From Macrostomum lignano (taxonomy: Eukaryota), in NCBI GenBank assembly GCA_002269645.1, contig NIVC01000981.1, forward strand, positions 257,948-321,947: a DNA stretch of 64,000 nt, written 5' to 3'. The translations under genes and the position numbers were made by a program. A model generated the notes under the pieces. That model was given only the letters and a program-made list of their open reading frames with translations, was not told the DNA's origin and made no database searches. Shown here piece after piece: positions 1-17,379 of the stretch; positions within the stretch are counted from its first letter, which is position 1, and the number at the start of each line of letters is the position of its first letter.

Positions 1-149
1 ATGCTCAAAGCTACTTAAAAAAGCCATAATGCAGTTTAATTACCTGTATTACAAGCCTTTTTGACAAGTCAATGGAGATGTATCACATTCTTAGTGTCCA
101 ATTTTTTTATTTAAAAAACTGACAGCAGCAAAGAAAACTTTGAATTTGC

Positions 150-600
150 TTATGCTTTACAGTTTCCTTTTTGCTTGTTCTTGGCATCTCTTTCGGGCTA
201 ATTAGGCCAGCCGCCTCATCCCTCTGTATGCGAAAAAGTTTGGGGGCACTAGTTCTCAAGTGTTTTTTTCTATTTTTTTCTTGTCTTGCTTCTGCTTGTT
301 TCATACCATGTCCTAATTCATTATTTCTTCTAACTTCGTCTCCCCACTGATTGCGATGCTGTATTGTCATGGCCAATTGTTGTAGTCAGCTAAAAACTGA
401 ATGAATATAAGTTGTTAGACATGGAGGTACAGGTCAATGAGGCAATTCCTTCATTTGCGTGCTTTCGTGGAACGAGAAAGCCAACAAAACCATGGAACTT
501 CATTGAGAACAAAAATACTGCATTTGAAAACTTATTAATTTTCCATTTCACTTCCGTATATGACGACTGTCTTGCATTGCACGGCAGTCTCACTATTAAA
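150..600 (-). mobile_element. Possible decayed LINE 3' fragment
   Basis: TVVIYGSE/WKINK, KHANEGI and RNQWGDEVRR resemble VLLYGSETW, ISNEEV and RLRWFGHV.R in the right order; heavily degraded. Confidence 0.3.
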
Positions 601-901
601 CAGTATATATAAAAAATGACAAAAAAGTTTTAGTAAGTTTTAAGACTGGAGTTGGGTCTCTAACCTCACTGTGCTGTCTGGGATTGTAACCTTCTGTATA
701 CACCGGAGTCCTTGAGTCCTAAGTCAATACTAGCACAAATACCAATGTGGGTGTGGTAGCTGGCCTCTGTATTGCAAGCCTTGGCACTTTTTATTTGCAT
801 TCCCCAATGTGAAGTTGGAAAGCAATGAGACAGTCGGGGGGTCTGGGGAATCTAGTTTATATAGACAGGCTGGATGTCAGCTCTGAGAGGTGTTTGCTCA
901 C

Positions 902-951
902 GTACCGAGCTTTTCCATTTCTTATATTGTCTTCGAGATTGCAAGTGTGCG
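902..951 (-). CDS. Candidate second exon of the 10.7-kb gene
   Basis: ttttactgtag acceptor and gtgagc donor; the phase-1 join gives ...[20 protein letters not shown] with no stop; no homology recognised. Confidence 0.25.
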
Positions 952-986
952 CTACAGTAAAACAAAGATAGAAAAAAAGAAGGACG

Positions 987-3722
<2,736 letters not shown>

Positions 3723-4834
3723 CAGTACTGTCAATCGTGCGTCGCGACCTCTGGCTTCTATCCATCACCGGCTTCAATGTCCAACAGTTTGTTTTGAACA
3801 AGAGCACAGATCAGAGTCTTCCCGTGTGCGAGCCAGCGAGTGACACCGCGAGAGGCGGCAGAAGCGCGATTTCAAAGGTGAAATTGGAGACAGGCAGCAG
3901 CCTCACTTGCAGCAGAGAGGAGGGAAGAGAAGGAGGGCCAGAGAGTGGCTGGCGTGAGTCACACACACACATAGGCCCCGACGTCTTACTGGGCTTTCGT
4001 GCTGGCAGTTTTCACTTCCCTTTGTGGCCCCTCCTTCTCGGCCGCCTCCCAAAAGTCAGCAGAAGCAAACGCAAACTGCAGCAGCAGCTGCGGAAGAGAA
4101 AGCCGCTTGTTTCCTTCAATATCGGACTAATTTTCTTGGCCCCTCTTCACTCTCCCTTTGCTCTATACTATACGCTGTTCAAATTGCTTTAATTATTCAA
4201 GGCTAGCGTCAATTTCTTCCATCTTCATCATCCCAGAAGACCTAAAATGGGCAAGGAGAGAGCCGAGCTGATATTGAAAGCCAAAACAATTGCTAATTCT
4301 GTCTTTGATTTTTCTGTGTCATTTTGGCTCGGAAAACAGGGACGGAAAGTTAAAACTCGGATATTGAGGAGTGGAAACTTGAAATAGGAAAAGAGAAGAG
4401 AGGAGATTAAAGAGAGGAGAGCTGCTTTAGCCATTGTTCCCTAGACGAAGTTGTCTATGGCCAAGCCTCATTCAGCGCTGTGCAAAACAACAAATCATTC
4501 AGAAATCCGATATTTCATAAAGCGTTTTCACTCTCCAAAAAGTACAAATTTTTGTCAGAATTTTTCACGAACCACTTAGAAAAATTTGCAGCATTTTTTC
4601 TAAGGCATTGTTATTATTAAGATAAGCTTCTTCTCTTGCTGTTTGGTGCCGTACTTTTGTAATAAAAGAAATACATATGTTGGTATACTAATCTGTCACA
4701 TGCATTCGGATGCAGAAACCTCTATACGAGTATTGCACTGGTGGTTTTGTCAAACAAGTCTTTTGTGTTATTGATATATCTGATGTTTTTTAATGTTCGA
4801 AATTTAAACTTTGTGCAGATTTGTGTCCAGAAAC

Positions 4835-5230
4835 GCAGATAGATGGCAGATAGATGCGAGAAAATGGGAGATAGATAGATGGCAGTTAGATGGTAGATAG
4901 ATGGTAGATAGATGGCAGTTGGGTGTAGATATATGACAGATAGATGGCAGTTAGATGGTAGATAGATGCTAGATAGATGGCCAGATAGATGGTAGTAGGT
5001 GGAGATAGATGACAGATAGATGGCAGTTGGTGAGTTGGGTGTAGATATATGACAGGTAGATGGCAGTTAGATGGTAGATAGATGGCAGATAGATGCTAGT
5101 TGGATGGTAGATAGATGGCAGATAGATGGCAGATAGATGGCAGATAGATGGCAGATAGATGCTAGTTGGATGGTAGATAGATGGCAGATAGATGCTAGTT
5201 AGATGGTAGATAGATGACAGATAGATGGTA
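4835..5230. repeat. Degenerate GATA-based repeat
   Basis: agatagatggc/agatagatggt variants. Confidence 0.85.
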
Positions 5231-6133
5231 AGCTGCACATTATAGTCTTTTTAACAATCGAAATCGCAGATTTCATCTGCAATAATTCACCTTATTAATT
5301 GTCACTACAGATCCTTGTCTGCTTCGCCACTCTCCTCTCATTCTCAAGCTCAACTCCTTACCTGTCAATCACTTATTGAAATCATTGTTTCACCTTCCAC
5401 AGACTTGACTTCCCTGTGTATTTGAGGAAAAACCCAACAAATTTGCGTTTTGTTAAGCCTAATTTCATTGTTCTATAGTCAGAGTACTTTTTTCAGTGGA
5501 AAATTTTCGACAATTTGATGAGCTCGACAGCTGAGTAGGTGAAGAACACGCTTTGAGGGGTTAAGCTGGCACTCCACTGATTGTTGCCCTGTCTTTGTTC
5601 CAATTCATTCACCCCCTGGTCTACTCAACTCCAGCCAAGCACATAATACGAGTAGCTCCTATAGCTCGCTAATTGCCTCGCATGCATGAAGCTAAAATGA
5701 GTTAAAATCGTTTTGAAACCTCTATACCCTACTCTAACCTTGGTAAGGAGACTCATAATTTGATTATTTCTGGATCCGGAATTCGTGCAGAGGCGAACCG
5801 CTGTAACTATGAGTATGATCGTTCTGTCCCGAAGCCAATAAATTAGATTTGACAGTTTGAGCATTGCATGGTTCACCTGATCTGAGCTATAGGGTATTAT
5901 AAATAGTAATTACTGTCTTTCGACATCAATGCCAACTCAAATTCGGTGGCATATAAAGGTAAAAATGGGTCCATTTTAATAACTATATCGAACGCTTTCT
6001 TTGTTGTGTGAGTTAAGCCTACCAAGCCTTAATCCTGAGTCATTACACGCTCGACTGGCGTAGGAATGCTCATGGATATGATGTGCTCATTTGAGATGAT
6101 GAGTGAGATTCTAGAGCCTAAACTCAAAATTCA

Positions 6134-6979
6134 GTCCTGTGGTCGAGGGTGTCCTGTGGTCGAGGGTGTCCTGTGGTCGAGGGTGTCCTGTGGTCGAGGG
6201 TGTCCTGTGGTCGAGGGTGTCCTGTGGTCGAGGGTGTCCTGTGGTCGAGGGTGTCCTGTGGTCGAGGGTGTCCTGTGGTCGAGGGTGTCCTGTGGTCGAG
6301 GGTGTCCTGTGGTCGAGGGTGTCCTGTGGTCGAGGGTGTCCTGTGGTCGAGGGTGTCCTGTGGTCGAGGGTGTCCTGTGGTCGAGGGTGTCCTATGGTCG
6401 AGGGTGTCCTATGGTCGAGGGTGTCCTGTGGTCGAGGGTGTCCTGTGGTCGAGGGTGTCCTGTGGTCGAGGGTGTCCTGTGGTCGAGGGTGTCCTATGGT
6501 CGAGGGTGTCCTGTGGTCGAGGGTGTCCTGTGGTCGAGGGTGTCCTGTGGTCGAGGGTGTCCTGTGGTCGAGGGTGTCCTGTGGTCGAGGGTGTCCTATG
6601 GTCGAGGGTGTCCTGTGGTCGAGGGTGTCCTGTGGTCGAGGGTGTCCTATGGTCGAGGGTGTCCTGTGGTCGAGGGTGTCCTGTGGTCGAGGGTGTCCTG
6701 TGGTCGAGGGTGTCCTGTGGTCGAGGGTGTCCTGTGGTCGAGGGTGTCCTGTGGTCGAGGGTGTCCTGTGGTCGAGGGTGTCCTGTGGTCGAGGGTGTCC
6801 TGTGGTCGAGGGTGTCCTGTGGTCGAGGGTGTCCTGTGGTCGAGGGTGTCCTGATGGTCGAGGATGTCCTGTGGTCGAGGATGTCCTGTGGTCGAGGGTG
6901 TCCTGTGGTCGAGGGTGTCCTGTGGTCGAGGGTGTCCTGTGGTCGAGGGTGTCCTGTGGTCGAGGGTGTCCTGTGGTCG
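6134..6979. repeat. 17-bp minisatellite GTCCTGTGGTCGAGGGT
   Basis: About 50 near-identical units. Confidence 0.98.
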
Positions 6980-7026
6980 TCCTGTATCCTCTCATCAAGG
7001 GCATCATCTAGCTACGGGTATTTGTA

Positions 7027-7250
7027 TGTCATCAATGTTATCACCTAGTCAAGGGTATCATGTCATCAATGTTATCACCTAGTCAAGGGTATCATGTCAT
7101 CAATGTTATCACCTAGTCAAGGGTATCATGTCATCAATGTTATCACCTAGTCAAGGGTATCATGTCATCAATGTTATCACCTAGTCAAGGGTATCATGTC
7201 ATCAATGTTATCACCTAGTCAAGGGTATCATGTCATCAATGATATCATCT
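7027..7250. repeat. 34-bp minisatellite GTCATCAATGTTATCACCTAGTCAAGGGTATCAT
   Basis: About 6 units. Confidence 0.95.
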
Positions 7251-10200
7251 ATAGTCACGGATTATTAAAAAGTTTTGGCTTAAAATTAAAGTGAGCTTGA
7301 GAATGCTATTACAGAAATAAAGCAGGAAAATTCTTAATAACACAAGCAACTATAAAAATAACGCATGGCCCTTGACTTTACGAGATAATTTTATAAATTT
7401 ATGAAACGTGTCCCTAACCATTGCGCTCGAATAACCGAATGGGTCTAACTCGTAGCTCGTACGAGCGTATATTTTAACAAAATTAGATTGAAAACCTATA
7501 TAGAAAAGGATGCTAAACTCAAGTTTTAAATGCCCTCCAGCTCGATAACTTTGCGTGTCTAGAGATGACTTTCGAAAATTCGTAGTATTAGTTGTGTTGT
7601 TTGTTATTATAATTTACTATACACTGTTTGTAAGGTTTATTAGTCAGAACCTCAATTTATAGGTTTTAGCGTTAAAAGATAAAAATTATCAGATAAATTT
7701 TATACGTGCGAGTGCGACACGGAGGCAATAAAGCTTTTGCATAAATAATAGCTTCAGCCCACGTGCTCGTCCGACGCTGCTCCACTCGACTCATACTCGC
7801 TGCTCACTCTCGCCCGACCCTATCTTTGTCTTGTCTCTATAATTTCAGTCTATCGGCCCTTTAACTCCGTTGGTGGTACCCAGCAGACATATATAGCGGT
7901 CATAAAGAATCCTACGAACCATCTGTCCGTTTCAACATTCGAGTTCAAACTGTTCGAATATCGATAGATAGATATAGATTATCAGAGCGTGAGTCCAACT
8001 AATTTATTTCGGTTTTTTTGCGCGCTATAGCATCACAGATGACCAATTCTATTGCCCGCCATATGCTCTGTTCAGTTCCGCATTTAACGACTCCAGAGTC
8101 TCGGGGCGTAGTTTTTTATGGATACTATAATTACTACTTATTATCCACAGTCTGCATAAGTTATATTTTACTGTACGTAGCTAGAGGGAAATGAATACTG
8201 ATAAATGGATGTCCACAAAGATTCTTAAAATGGAAACTGTCTTGTCTTAGAGGAGATGAAGATGACTGTAGAAAGTTGAAACTACTGCTTTTAATAATAC
8301 GACTTTCAAAAAGCTACTACAAAGCACAACAAGTTTGGCGCTAATCTGAGTCTGGCACAACGAGCCAACTGAACCAAAACAAATCCAATACCCTAACAAT
8401 CATTTCAAATACTACGGAGCTAGAACTAATATAACGAGTATACTATAAGCCAAAAAAACGAATCGGCCTAATTTACTAAACCCATGCCATGCCCCATCTG
8501 TCCTGGCTCGGCCCTCCGTGCCGAAGTTAATAGGAGCTTGTAAAATTAATGACAGCGATTATCGGGCGGTGAAGGCGGGGCTGAAGGGGTTGTTGTTTTG
8601 TCTTGTGGGGTGGTGGGTGGTCGGTTCGCTGGCCGGGAATAAAATTGGCCACCACCCCAAACGCTCCAAGCGCCGATCCCCCCAAACTTGTGAGGAAGGC
8701 AGAGTGAGAGTAAAGTTAATGACTGAGAGCGGGAGGCGGTTCAGTTCAGTTCAGTTATAAAGTGTGAAACTCTGCGAACGGCCAGTCAGGAGGGGTCCAC
8801 CGATAAGCGGAAGGATAATTAATAGCAATGGAATAAACGCCTAACGCGAAGCGCCACGCAGACAGGCAGATTGTGCTAGAATTCGGCTTTGAAATGACTG
8901 AGTGCTGGAATGGTGAAATCAGATGGAACTATAGCAGTAGTAGTAAGAAGAGGGTGGAGCTATTAGCAGATCATTAATCAGTCTAACGCCATTATCTAAT
9001 CGGATCCTGGCGCTTTGGAAAACAAAGCGAACGCGGTTGAGATTTTTGAAGCTTAGATGGACGGCTTTTATTTGGTACTGGTATAGGATAAGTGGTGTTG
9101 GAGAGTGGCGACTGCCTGTTGATATATTATAGCTCTGTAAGAGCCTGGAAAGAAGCCAGCCATGGCCACAAGATATTTATCAACACTTTTTTTTCGGCAC
9201 AGCAGTAGTCCATCATTTATTCATTTGATCTGGGAATTAAATATTCTAGAATCTAGACTAGATAATGATGATTAGCAATTAATTATAGTTGAAGCTCTGA
9301 TTTACGAATTCGAATTTTGTTCAAAAAGCGTTTATTTCAAAGTAAAAATTTTGCACTAAAACAAGCAATTTTCGCTTTTTAAGAAGCAATCGTTTAAAAG
9401 TCCATCTCTAGTCCGTTTTCTACTATATTGTTCTAGCCACTGTATATATTATTTATATAGATAGGTGGCGGTTATGCCGAAAAAACAATACGCGGCAATC
9501 GGTGGTCGATTTGCAACAGGTGGACGTCGTTTTCCTAGTTCGCAATTTCAATCCCAACTTTTTATTTCTATATACCTTGGTTGTCGGTGGCTCTTACTGC
9601 AGTATTGCTTTAAAACTCTTTCTATACAAACCCCAACCCCACTATCTATACAGCAGAAACTGAAAGTTAAAACGGACGCACAAGAAGAAAAACAATAATA
9701 ATGGAGGTAGAGATGGAGTTTTGGTAAAAAGCGGAAAAGTAATAAAAGAAAAATAAATCCTCAATCCTAGCCAGATCGTCCAGTCGAGACAATGATAATA
9801 AAAAAGATTCTCGCCAAATTCGTCCCACGATATTTTAGTTAATAAAAATTCAGCGAAAGACTGCACAACCAAATTTGATGAAAACTTCCCTATCTTTGCA
9901 GAAGAGAAAAGTTACCCCTAATGCAGTGGTAGTGTGTGCGTGTGTGCGTGTGTGGTCTGTCAGATGAAAGAAACACACATTTATACATTTACGTTAACGT
10001 TGTTAGCGCGAATGTCTAATGAAAGTTCGAACTTTGAACACACAGCTACGAACTGCGACTTTCTAGGAAATCTCCCTGAATGTCTATTTATAAAGGGGCT
10101 TAAGTTTAGCAGCGCAGAGCTGTCAAAACTTTCACACGTTCTATATAGTTGAATAACGTGCCAGAAAAAAGCACCAAAAGTACAGAGAGCACATCTAAAC

Positions 10201-10718
10201 TTGGACTGTTGTCTTTCCAATTTGGACAGAGAAGAAATAATTGGGTGCCATCCAAAATATACAGTTCCTTTTGCTTGCGTTGCATCGTTTTGTTTATCGA
10301 TTTTTTGTCAGGGGAGGACTGACAAATCACGATTCTATATAATAATAAATTCCGGCCTTTTTGTTTTAAGTATTCACTTTGTACTCGTGAGTTGTTTTAT
10401 TACTGCAATGTCCTGGCGCTGGGGCAATGAAAATGTACATCAACGATTTGTCAAATGTACATGTATTTGTTTAATTCCTTTCTCACTGTATACAAGTTGG
10501 GGAAATGTACATTTAGCTTTGTACTCTTCTCACTCGTCCTCATGTAATTCTAATTGGTGCAGCTTTGAAAAGCTATTTAGTGGCGATATCAGTGTACAGT
10601 GGGGAATCACACTCAGCTGTACATACAAACTAACCCCAGAACAAATCTGATTGGTTAAACAAGTTTACAAAGAGACTGGGCTAAGAAAATCAGTTATAAA
10701 TTAAAACAAAAAACTTAC

Positions 10719-10785
10719 CTTGAAAGACTAAGACCGTAACTGCAGCCAGCAGCAGAAATGCAGCCTTAATCGTTTCACTCCACAT
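10719..10785 (-). CDS. First coding exon (signal peptide) of an unidentified secreted or membrane protein gene
   Basis: Exon 10870-10719 bounded by ttttctttcag and gtaagt; ATG 10785 gives MWSETIKAAFLLLAAVTVLVFQ + phase 1; downstream exons not securely found. Confidence 0.6.
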
Positions 10786-11503
10786 TGTCTTCAATTGCTG
10801 CTTCAAGAAGAGTGAAGAATTTCTCGTTGAGAAACCTCGATTTCAAAGCCAGACTTTGAATTAATCAGTTCTGAAAGAAAATGTTGGGCGGCAGACATTT
10901 GAACTGTTTCAAGCTTATATAGTTGTCATGACGACTCATAATTCCTTATTACAATTATATATTGATTTGGTTGTTAAGATCCATAACTGTAAGGTAAAAC
11001 TTGACGTCATGCACAGCAGCTTGCAATATTTGTCAAAATTCGTTTCGCGAAATTCCATTCCACCTCAAGCAGCTAGCGAGTTCATGGCCCATTGTTCGCC
11101 GGGAGAACATTCTATTTGCCTTTAGTCCCCAACCTCAGCCGGCACCCCGCTGCTCTACGCGCCCGAAAATTTGATTATTACGCAACTCGACACTTTCCTT
11201 CTCCACGCTTAGCATATTAAAATTTATCTAAAGCTGGGCTCACACACCTCTACATTGCCTTATGCGAGCGCATAGGGTTTTGACATGACATTATAAAAAT
11301 GCTTTTGCCCAACACAATTTATATTGTCAGTTGTCACGCCTGCCTGACACGCGGGGTGGTGAAAATTCCTTAATATTTTATAGGATTCCAAGAATGCAGG
11401 AGGCTGACTGCTTCAGTGGTCTTTGTAAGGGTAGGGATTTGAAACCACCGAAATTTAATAATATTCGTGCACGAGGTGCTGCATCGGCAGGTAAAAATGT
11501 TCC

Positions 11504-12083
<580 letters not shown>

Positions 12084-12879
12084 GTCGCAGAAAAAAACAC
12101 AATAAATAAGTAATAAGTAAAAAGCATAAAAGGTCATGGAATTTGGCAGGAATTCGAAGGAAAATCTATATTGGCAAATGCATAAACCTAAATTCTACCA
12201 GAAATTGCTGTCGTGACCTGGAATCCGAACCCACAGGATGTTCATAATATCGGAAAGGATCTGTGAGGAGCTTTGCACAATCGGGGTTTATCATCAGCCA
12301 GCATCTGACGCTCTCAGGGGGAATTTAGGTGCGTCAGAAGGCCCAGTCATTTATTCCATTCTCCTCTCGGACTATGGATGGTAAGCAACTTACCTAGGAA
12401 ATATTAGACAGAAATGGAACTTATATCGAACGAGCTTGTCGGGAGCTGCTTTCGCGAGAGAATCCCCAGAAAAAAAGAAACATGCTTTGCCTCCGTGAGA
12501 TCCGGACTTGCATCGGAGCCCAAACTGATTATCAAAAATGATTGCACTCGGATATAATCAACCCATCTTGAGACAGATTCACTTAATTGCAACACATTAT
12601 TCTGCTTTTACCTTTCTAATTTTGTATCGCCGTCTAACATTAACACTACATTAACACTAGTGCATTCTACCGTTTCTGGCGAATGAAAGCATAGGAAATT
12701 ATTAAAAACTGGATATTGAAGTGGCTGATCAATTATTTAACTTTAGTGATGGTGATTTATTTATGTCTTGAGAGTGTTAGGGTCTGTGAGTCCTTTATTG
12801 GTATGGAAGATTATGCAAGTGCGTGCGGACGGTTGAGTCAATAATCGATTTATGCATGATGGAAAAGAAACTGGTAAGG

Positions 12880-13495
12880 GAGATGAGAGGAGAGGAGTGG
12901 AGAGGAGAGGAGAGAAGAGGAGAGGAGAGGAGATGAGAGGAGAGGAGAGGAGAGGAGAGGAGAGGAGAGGAGAGGAGAGGAGAGGAGAGGAGAGGAGATG
13001 AGAGGAGAGGAGAGGAGAGGAGAGGAGAGGAGAGGAGAGGAGAGGAGAGGAGAGGAGATGAGAGGAGAGGAGATGAGAGGAGAGGAGAGGAGATGAGAGG
13101 AGAGGAAAGGAGAGGAGAGGAGAGGAGAGGAGAGGAGAGGAGAGGAGAGGAGAGGAGAGGAGAGGAGAGGAGAGGAGAGGAGAGGAGAGGAGAGAAGAGG
13201 AGAGGAGAGGAGAGGAGATGAGAGGAGATGAGAGGAGAGGAGAGGAGAGGAGAGGAGAGGAGAGGAGAGGAGAGAAGAGGAGAGGAGAGGAGAGGAGAGG
13301 AGAGGAGAGGAGAGGAGATGAGAGGAGATGAGAGGAGAGGAGAGGAGAGAAGAGGAGAGGAGAGGAGAGGAGAGGAGAGGAGATGAGAGGAGAGGAGAGG
13401 AGAGGAGAGGAGATGAGAGGAGAGGAGAGGAGATGAGAGGAGAGGAGATGAGAGGAGAGGAGAGGAGAGGAGAGGAGAGGAGAGGAGAGGAGAGT
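12880..13495. repeat. (GAGAG)n pentanucleotide repeat
   Basis: Direct inspection. Confidence 0.98.
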
Positions 13496-13739
13496 AGACA
13501 AGATCAGTGGAGACGCGAGATTGTGAGGGCTTTACCTGAAATTAAACGCGCTTAATACTTTCTCTTCCCAGTAGCACGCAATATTTCATCCCATCTCTAG
13601 CATTATTGCTATGGAACTTTCATCATCATTATTAATACTGCTTGTCACATATCATTAATAGAGTCAAATATTAATAAAAAGCATCGCTGATGTCAAAGTG
13701 TATATCGAAATGTATCTATAATTAACATTTCCTTGTACC

Positions 13740-13900
13740 ACAGCCTAGTACACCTTTCACCTCATCCCATATTCATAACAAAACCGGATGAAGCGTCGAT
13801 GCGTTGTAGCGAAAGAGGAGAAAAGATAGCAATCAGTCAGAATGAGGTCGTCAGCATGAGTCGCACTTGTATAATCTCTCTTGATGTGTGCTGGACCATC
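13740..13900 (-). mobile_element. Decayed LINE RT fragment
   Basis: THADDLIL (YADD-like) followed across frameshifts by SPLSLQR and FCYEYGM. Confidence 0.35.
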
Positions 13901-13984
13901 CAACCTTTATTGTGCTATCGATATGACGATACGATAGATCGGAACAGTGCCAAAAAGCATTTTCGTTTTTTGCTTTAGCAGAGC

Positions 13985-16480
13985 AGAGGGAGAGGCGATG
14001 AGACAGGGAGAGCAGAGAGAGGAGATGAGACAGGGAGAGCAGAGAGAGGAGATGAGACAGGGAGAGCAGAGAGAAAGGAGATGAGACAGGGAGAACAGAG
14101 AGAGGAGATGAGACAGAGAGAACAGAGAGAGGAGATGAGGCAGAGAGAACAGAGAGAGGAGATGAGGCAGAGAGAACAGAGAGAGGAGATGAGACAGAGA
14201 GAACAGAGAGAGGAGATGAGGCAGAGAGAACAGAGAGAGGAGATGAGGCAGAGAGAACAGAGAGAGGAGATGAGGCAGAGAGAACAGAGAGAGGAGATGA
14301 GACGGGGGAGCAGGGAGAGAGGAGATGAGACAGGGGGAGCAGAGAGAAAGGAGATGAGGCAGAGAGAATAGAGAGAGGAGATGAGACGGGGGAGCAGGGA
14401 GAGAGGAGATGAGACAGGGGGAGCAGAGAGAGGAGATGAGACAGGGAGAGCAGAGAGAAAGGAGATGAGACAGGGAGAACAGAGAGAGGAGATGAGACAG
14501 AGAGAACAGAGAGAGGAGATGAGGCAGAGAGAACAGAGAGAGGAGATGAGACAGAGAGAACAGAGAGAGGAGATGAGGCAGAGAGAACAGAGAGAGGAGA
14601 TGAGACGGGGGAGCAGGGAGAGAGGAGATGAGACAGGGGGAGCAGAGAGAAAGGAGATGAGACAGAGAGAACAGAGAGAGGAGATGAGGCAGAGAGAACA
14701 GAGAGAGGAGATGAGACAGAGAGAACAGAGAAAGGAGATGAGACAAAGAGAACAGAGAGAGGAGATGAGACAGAGAGAACAGAGAGAGGAGATGAGACAG
14801 AGAGAACAGAGAGAGGAGATGAGGCAGAGAGAACAGAGAGAGGAGATGAGGCAGAGAGAACAGAGAGAGGAGATGAGACAGGGGGAGCAGGGAGAGAGGA
14901 GATGAGACAGGGGGAGCAGGGAGAGAGGAGATGAGACAGGGGGAGCAGGGAGAGAGGAGATGGGACAGAGAGAACAGAGAGAGGAGATGAGGCAGAGAGA
15001 ACAGAGAGAGGAGATGAGGCAGAGAGAACAGAGAGAGGAGATGAGACGGGGGAGCAGGGAGAGAGGAGATGAGACAGGGGAAGCAGAGAGAAAGGAGATG
15101 AGACAGAGAGAACAGAGAGAGGAGATGAGGCAGAGAGAACAAAGAGAGGAGATGAGGCAGAGAGAACAGAGAGAGGAGATGAGGCAGAGAGAACAGAGAG
15201 AGGAGATGAGGCAGAGAGAACAGAGAGAGGAGATGAGACGGGGGAGCAGGGAGAGAGGAGATGAGACAGGGGGAGCAGAGAGAAAGGAGATGAGACAGAG
15301 AGAACAGAGAGAGGAGATGAAACAGGGAGAGCAGAGAGAAAGGAGATGAGACAGAGAGAACAGAGAGAGGAGATGAGGCAGAGAGAACAAAGAGAGGAGA
15401 TGAGGCAGAGAGAACAGAGAGAGGAGATGAGGCAGAGAGAACAGAGAGAGGAGATGAGGCAGAGAGAACAGAGAGAGGAGATGAGACAGAGAGAACAGAG
15501 AAAGGAGATGAGACAGAGAGAACAGAGAGAGGAGATGAGACAGAGAGAACAGAGAGAGGAGATGAGACAGAGAGAACAGAGAGAGGAGATGAGGCAGAGA
15601 GAACAGAGAGAGGAGATGAGGCAGAGAGAACAGAGAGAGGAGATGAGGCAGAGAGAACAGAGAGAGGAGATGAGACAGGGGGAGCAGGGAGAGAGGAGAT
15701 GAGACAGGGGGAGCAGGGAGAGAGGAGATGAGACAGAGAGAACAGAGAGAGGAGATGAGGCAGAGAGAACAGAGAGAGGAGATGAGACGGGGGAGCAGGG
15801 AGAGAGGAGATGAGACAGGGGGAGCAGAGAGAAAGGAGATGAGACAGAGAGAACAGAGAGAGGAGATGAGGCAGAGAGAACAAAGAGAGGAGATGAGGCA
15901 GAGAGAACAGAGAGAGGAGATGAGGCAGAGAGAACAAAGAGAGGAGATGAGGCAGAGAGAACAGAGAGAGGAGATGAGACAGAGAGAACAGAGAGAGGAG
16001 ATGAGACAGAGAGAACAGAGAGAGGAGATGAGACAGAGAGAACAGAGAGAGGAGATGAGGCAGAGAGAACAGAGAGAGGAGATGAGGCAGAGAGAACAGA
16101 GAGAGGAGATGAGACGGGGGAGCAGGGAGAGAGGAGATGAGACAGGGGGAGCAGAGAGAAAGGAGATGAGACAGAGAGAACAGAGAGAGGAGATGAGGCA
16201 GGGGGAGCAGGGAGAGAGGAGATGAGACAGGGGGAGCAGGGAGAGAGGAGATGAGACAGGGGGAGCAGGGAGAGAGGAGATGAGACAGGGGGATCAGGGA
16301 GAGAGGAGATGAGACAGGGGGAGCAGGGAGAGAGGAGATGAGACAGGGGGAGCAGGGAGAGAGGAGATGAGACAGGGGGAGCAGGGAGAGAGGAGATGAG
16401 ACAGGGGGAGCAGGGAGAGGAGATGAGACAGGGGGAGCACAGAGAGAGGAGATGAGACAGGGAGAACAGGGAGAGGAGAG
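13985..16480. repeat. 27-bp purine-rich minisatellite GAGGAGATGAGACAGAGAGAACAGAGA
   Basis: About 2.5-kb array with variant units. Confidence 0.97.
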
Positions 16481-17379
16481 TGAGGAACAGATCCTGTATG
16501 GCAGAATAAGTGTGAAAAAAGTATAAAACGATCCATTGACACCAGTTTTTCATAAAAGATTGCATTTGTTTAGTTATTCAAGTCTTTAACAACACCTAAA
16601 AAGGCGGCTGGCCAGAGAAAGGCCGGCTAGAATTTGCAGACAGCCCCAGCAGCAATAGAAAATGAGAAACAGCAGCTAAAAAGCAGTAACTCTGCTGCTG
16701 CAGTGTTGTTATTCACCAAGCATGCTGAGAAAGCGCCCTCCCAGCCCTCTATGCTGCCATAAAAATGAAGTGTTGCAAACCCAGTGAAGCCATGCATGCA
16801 TTGATCAATCCCATTGTCCATATAATACACAGTTATGTGGGCGCTTCTTGAAAGCACTGTCCATTTCTTGTTTCACTAAGTCTGCATTTCAGTGCCAAGT
16901 TTTTGTCTCTCGAAGTCTGTCTCAGCCCTCCCCCCCCTATTATAGCTTGCGTTTATTGCTGTTCCTTCTCAGACCTTAACGGTATTGAGCTGCAGCAGAT
17001 ACACAAGGCTCCCACACTGAGCATTAATATATCAACTCTCATATACGGACTCACCGAGCACTTGAGCAGACAGTATCGCTGTCAGCCAGAAGCGTGGTCA
17101 TCGTCGCTAAAAAAAATTATTGTCGAATAACGATGACAGGAATGAAGCTTATACCGCTAAGGCTTCTGAGAGTTTTGTCTCGCTTCTTAAAGATTGTTTT
17201 TGAGACTAGGGGGCGTTTGGGTCTTGGATAGGACTGTCGGGATTGGCCAACCAATGGGGTTTGCGCTTGGCCGTTTCTTCACTCAGAAATGAATCAACTA
17301 CTTATAGTAGCAGTGGCTTTGTGGATTCATTCTCGAGGATTGGGGGTGTAAAGTTGAAGCTTCTTAACGTTTACGTTAC

